A stretch of DNA of 64,000 nucleotides from Macrostomum lignano (lineage: Eukaryota): positions 151,217 through 215,216 of the forward strand of contig NIVC01001992.1 of the NCBI GenBank assembly GCA_002269645.1, given 5' to 3'. Position 1 is the first letter of the stretch. The number at the start of each line of letters is the position of its first letter. Below the pieces are notes generated by a model that saw only the letters and a program-made list of their open reading frames with translations, was not told where the DNA came from and ran no database searches. Shown here one piece after another: positions 61,878 to 64,000 of this stretch. The position numbers were made by a program, and so were the translations under genes.

Positions 61878-63139
61878 ATGGTTTCTGAAAGTCCCGTCCC
61901 GAATTGCGACGAAAACAGACGAGCAGCGCGCTGACCCGAGCGAGCCAGCAGCTCCGAATGGCAACACAACAAATGCGCAGTGCACGGATCACTCTCTGCC
62001 GGAGTCTCCCCTAGTAGCGATCGGTTCTCTGGCTTTCTACTCCACCCTGGGCGTGCTCGGACTGTTCGGCAACATCCACGTCATCCTCGTGTTCGCCTCC
62101 AGTCGGGAGAAGAGTCTGCGCTTCCTCATCACGGTACTGTCGGCCATGGATCTGTTTATATCGGCAGTGGTGCTGCCCACGACTGCTACCGGGTGTACAA
62201 TGACTACCTGGCCAGCAAGTACGAGCTGAAGGCCACTAATCACTGGTTCAGCACCGTGATTCTGTCGTCCAGGTATGCGGCGTTCGAGATGGAGGCCTGG
62301 ATTCTGGTATTCATCGCAGTGGACCGCTACCTGTGCATCGTGAAGGCCAGTCAGCAAGGCCTTACCTACAAGAAGACCCTATGCGCCCTGTTCGCCGCCG
62401 CGCTGAGTCTTCTGCTCCTAGAGGTGTGCAACGTGACAAGCCACTACCTAATTGAAGACCAGTGCGGCCTGAAGCTCCAGCTGGAGTCCTACCTGCTGTA
62501 CTTCTACGGCGCACTCGGCACCCTGTCAGTGCTGGTTGTCATGTCGCTTTATATCAGAATTTTCACCTTCGTGGCCTCCATGGAGAGGCGGCGCAGTTCG
62601 AAGCGCAAAGTCACCAAGCAGACGCTGGCGCTGCTGTCCAGGGCGGACGAAGTCGGCGCGACCAGCAACTGCGGGGACCTCGGCGGCGGTGGCGACGGCG
62701 CTGGCGACAAAATCTTCAAGGTACCGCCAGCTACGCTTTGGAAACATCTTTAAAACCGACCAGCTGCTCGCTTCAGGTGACAGCCGACGGTCCAACCGGG
62801 TTTAACGGCATCTCCGAGTGTCCCAGCAGCAGCTTCGTCAGCAATGCGCTGCCGCCGCAGTCGGCGACCGCCGCCGCGCCGCTGCCGCCGCCACCACCGA
62901 GTCATGGTTCCCCAAGAAGCTGGCCTGGATGCTGTTCGGCGCCACCGTGCTGTTCTACGGCAGCATGCTGCCGATGATCCTCATCAACTTCAAGCTGCTG
63001 CCGGACTCGCCGCTGCACCGCATTTTCTATTTGAACACGGTCGCTGAACTTTTTCGTCTACGCCATGATGAACTCGAAGTTCAGAGAGGAGCTGCGCAGA
63101 ATTTACAGCAGGGCCTGCAGGTGCCGCTGCGAGCAGTGA
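61878..63139 (+). pseudogene. Rhodopsin-class (class A) GPCR, disrupted by several 1-bp frameshifts (pseudogene or consensus errors)
   Basis: TM1 LAFYSTLGVLGLFGNIHVILVF and TM2 LSAMDLFISAVVLP in one frame; after a shift at ~62180, TM3 with VDRY, TM4 and TM5. TM6 KKLAWMLFGATVLFY and TM7 FYLNTV/NFFVY plus helix 8 NSKFREE are split by a shift at ~63046. Possible 56-bp intron 62721-62776. Confidence 0.8.
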
Positions 63140-64000
63140 CGGAACTGACAGCAGATCCGCCAGCTGCTCAAGCCTGCGCTGAAGCAGGCGTGTCGGAATC
63201 GAATGCGAGCCGGGAAAGAAGAGCTTAAAAGACTTTTGTGTTGTGACTTTTTCTGCTTCTCTTGAATATAACAACAAGCTGTTGTAAAACTGTGTAACAG
63301 ACCAAACTTCTGTAACCAGAGTCGATCAGGATTTTGAAGTGTCGCTCAGGACCCGGAAGCGTCACTTGGACTCGGAAGCGTCACTTGGAACTCTGAAGCG
63401 TCAATTGGACTCGGAAGAATCACTTGGGACTCGAAGCGTCCCTCAAGACTTTGAAGCGTCACTTAGGACCCAAAAGCGCCACTTGAGACTCGATAACGCT
63501 TCCCAAGACTTGAATGTGTCCTTTCTAACAGCTAGAAAAAGTTTCCTGTCATTCCTGCCAAGATAGCCACATGCATATCAATAATTCTGTCTGTGTGAAG
63601 CAATGGTTCCTAACTTTGTTCTTTTTCTCAAAACGATAGAGAAATCTAGGTATTGTAGCCCGACTATAAACTACGGCTCGTAAGTCAGAATCGCACTGTA
63701 AACGGACTCGCAGTTTCGTCTTGTTTCGATAATCAAAAACTAGAAAATAACCGTTTTTCCTTTGAAAATAGCTAACAGAAATTTATCAACAATCCTTTTC
63801 TAATTACTATATGAAATTTTATTTTTAAACGATGGAATTACGGTTGTATTTTTGCTTGTTATCTTCTCGGCAGTGTTAGTCCGAAACCGCTATGAGCAGA
63901 AGCGCGAGACTGCCGGATTCCCGACAAACTGATCATGCAAATGCGATGCTTTTAGTATATAGGGGAACCGAGCTGGATAAAATAATGTTACAATTATAGT

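Overview
Eukaryotic animal genomic DNA with spliceosomal introns, GC-rich exons and dense simple repeats. The style suggests a flatworm such as Macrostomum; this is inference, not a database result. Host genes: a tRNA-splicing endonuclease SEN2 gene that the ORF track mostly misses (minus strand, running off the left edge), a two-exon DEG/ENaC channel, a PAR/NFIL3-type bZIP, a Fer/PTF1-type bHLH split by a GC-AG intron, a large stonin locus with an unusual Tyr/acidic upstream exon, and a frameshifted rhodopsin-class GPCR. Mobile DNA: a nearly intact 4-kb Ngaro/PAT-type tyrosine-recombinase retrotransposon (A1-ORFs-B1-A2-B2 split repeats), a decayed RTE-like LINE, a tRNA-derived SINE, two probable solo LTRs and two MITEs. 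About 20 tandem arrays are also present. The most interesting object is the YR retrotransposon. Its recombinase frame has no usable ATG, but a phase-matched 2.4-kb GT-AG intron would fuse an N-terminal SAP DNA-binding domain to the recombinase. Its other ORF junctions carry ATGA and TGATG overlaps and an A_AAA_AAC slippery site. All splice models and alignments were made by eye and need RNA-seq or HMM confirmation.
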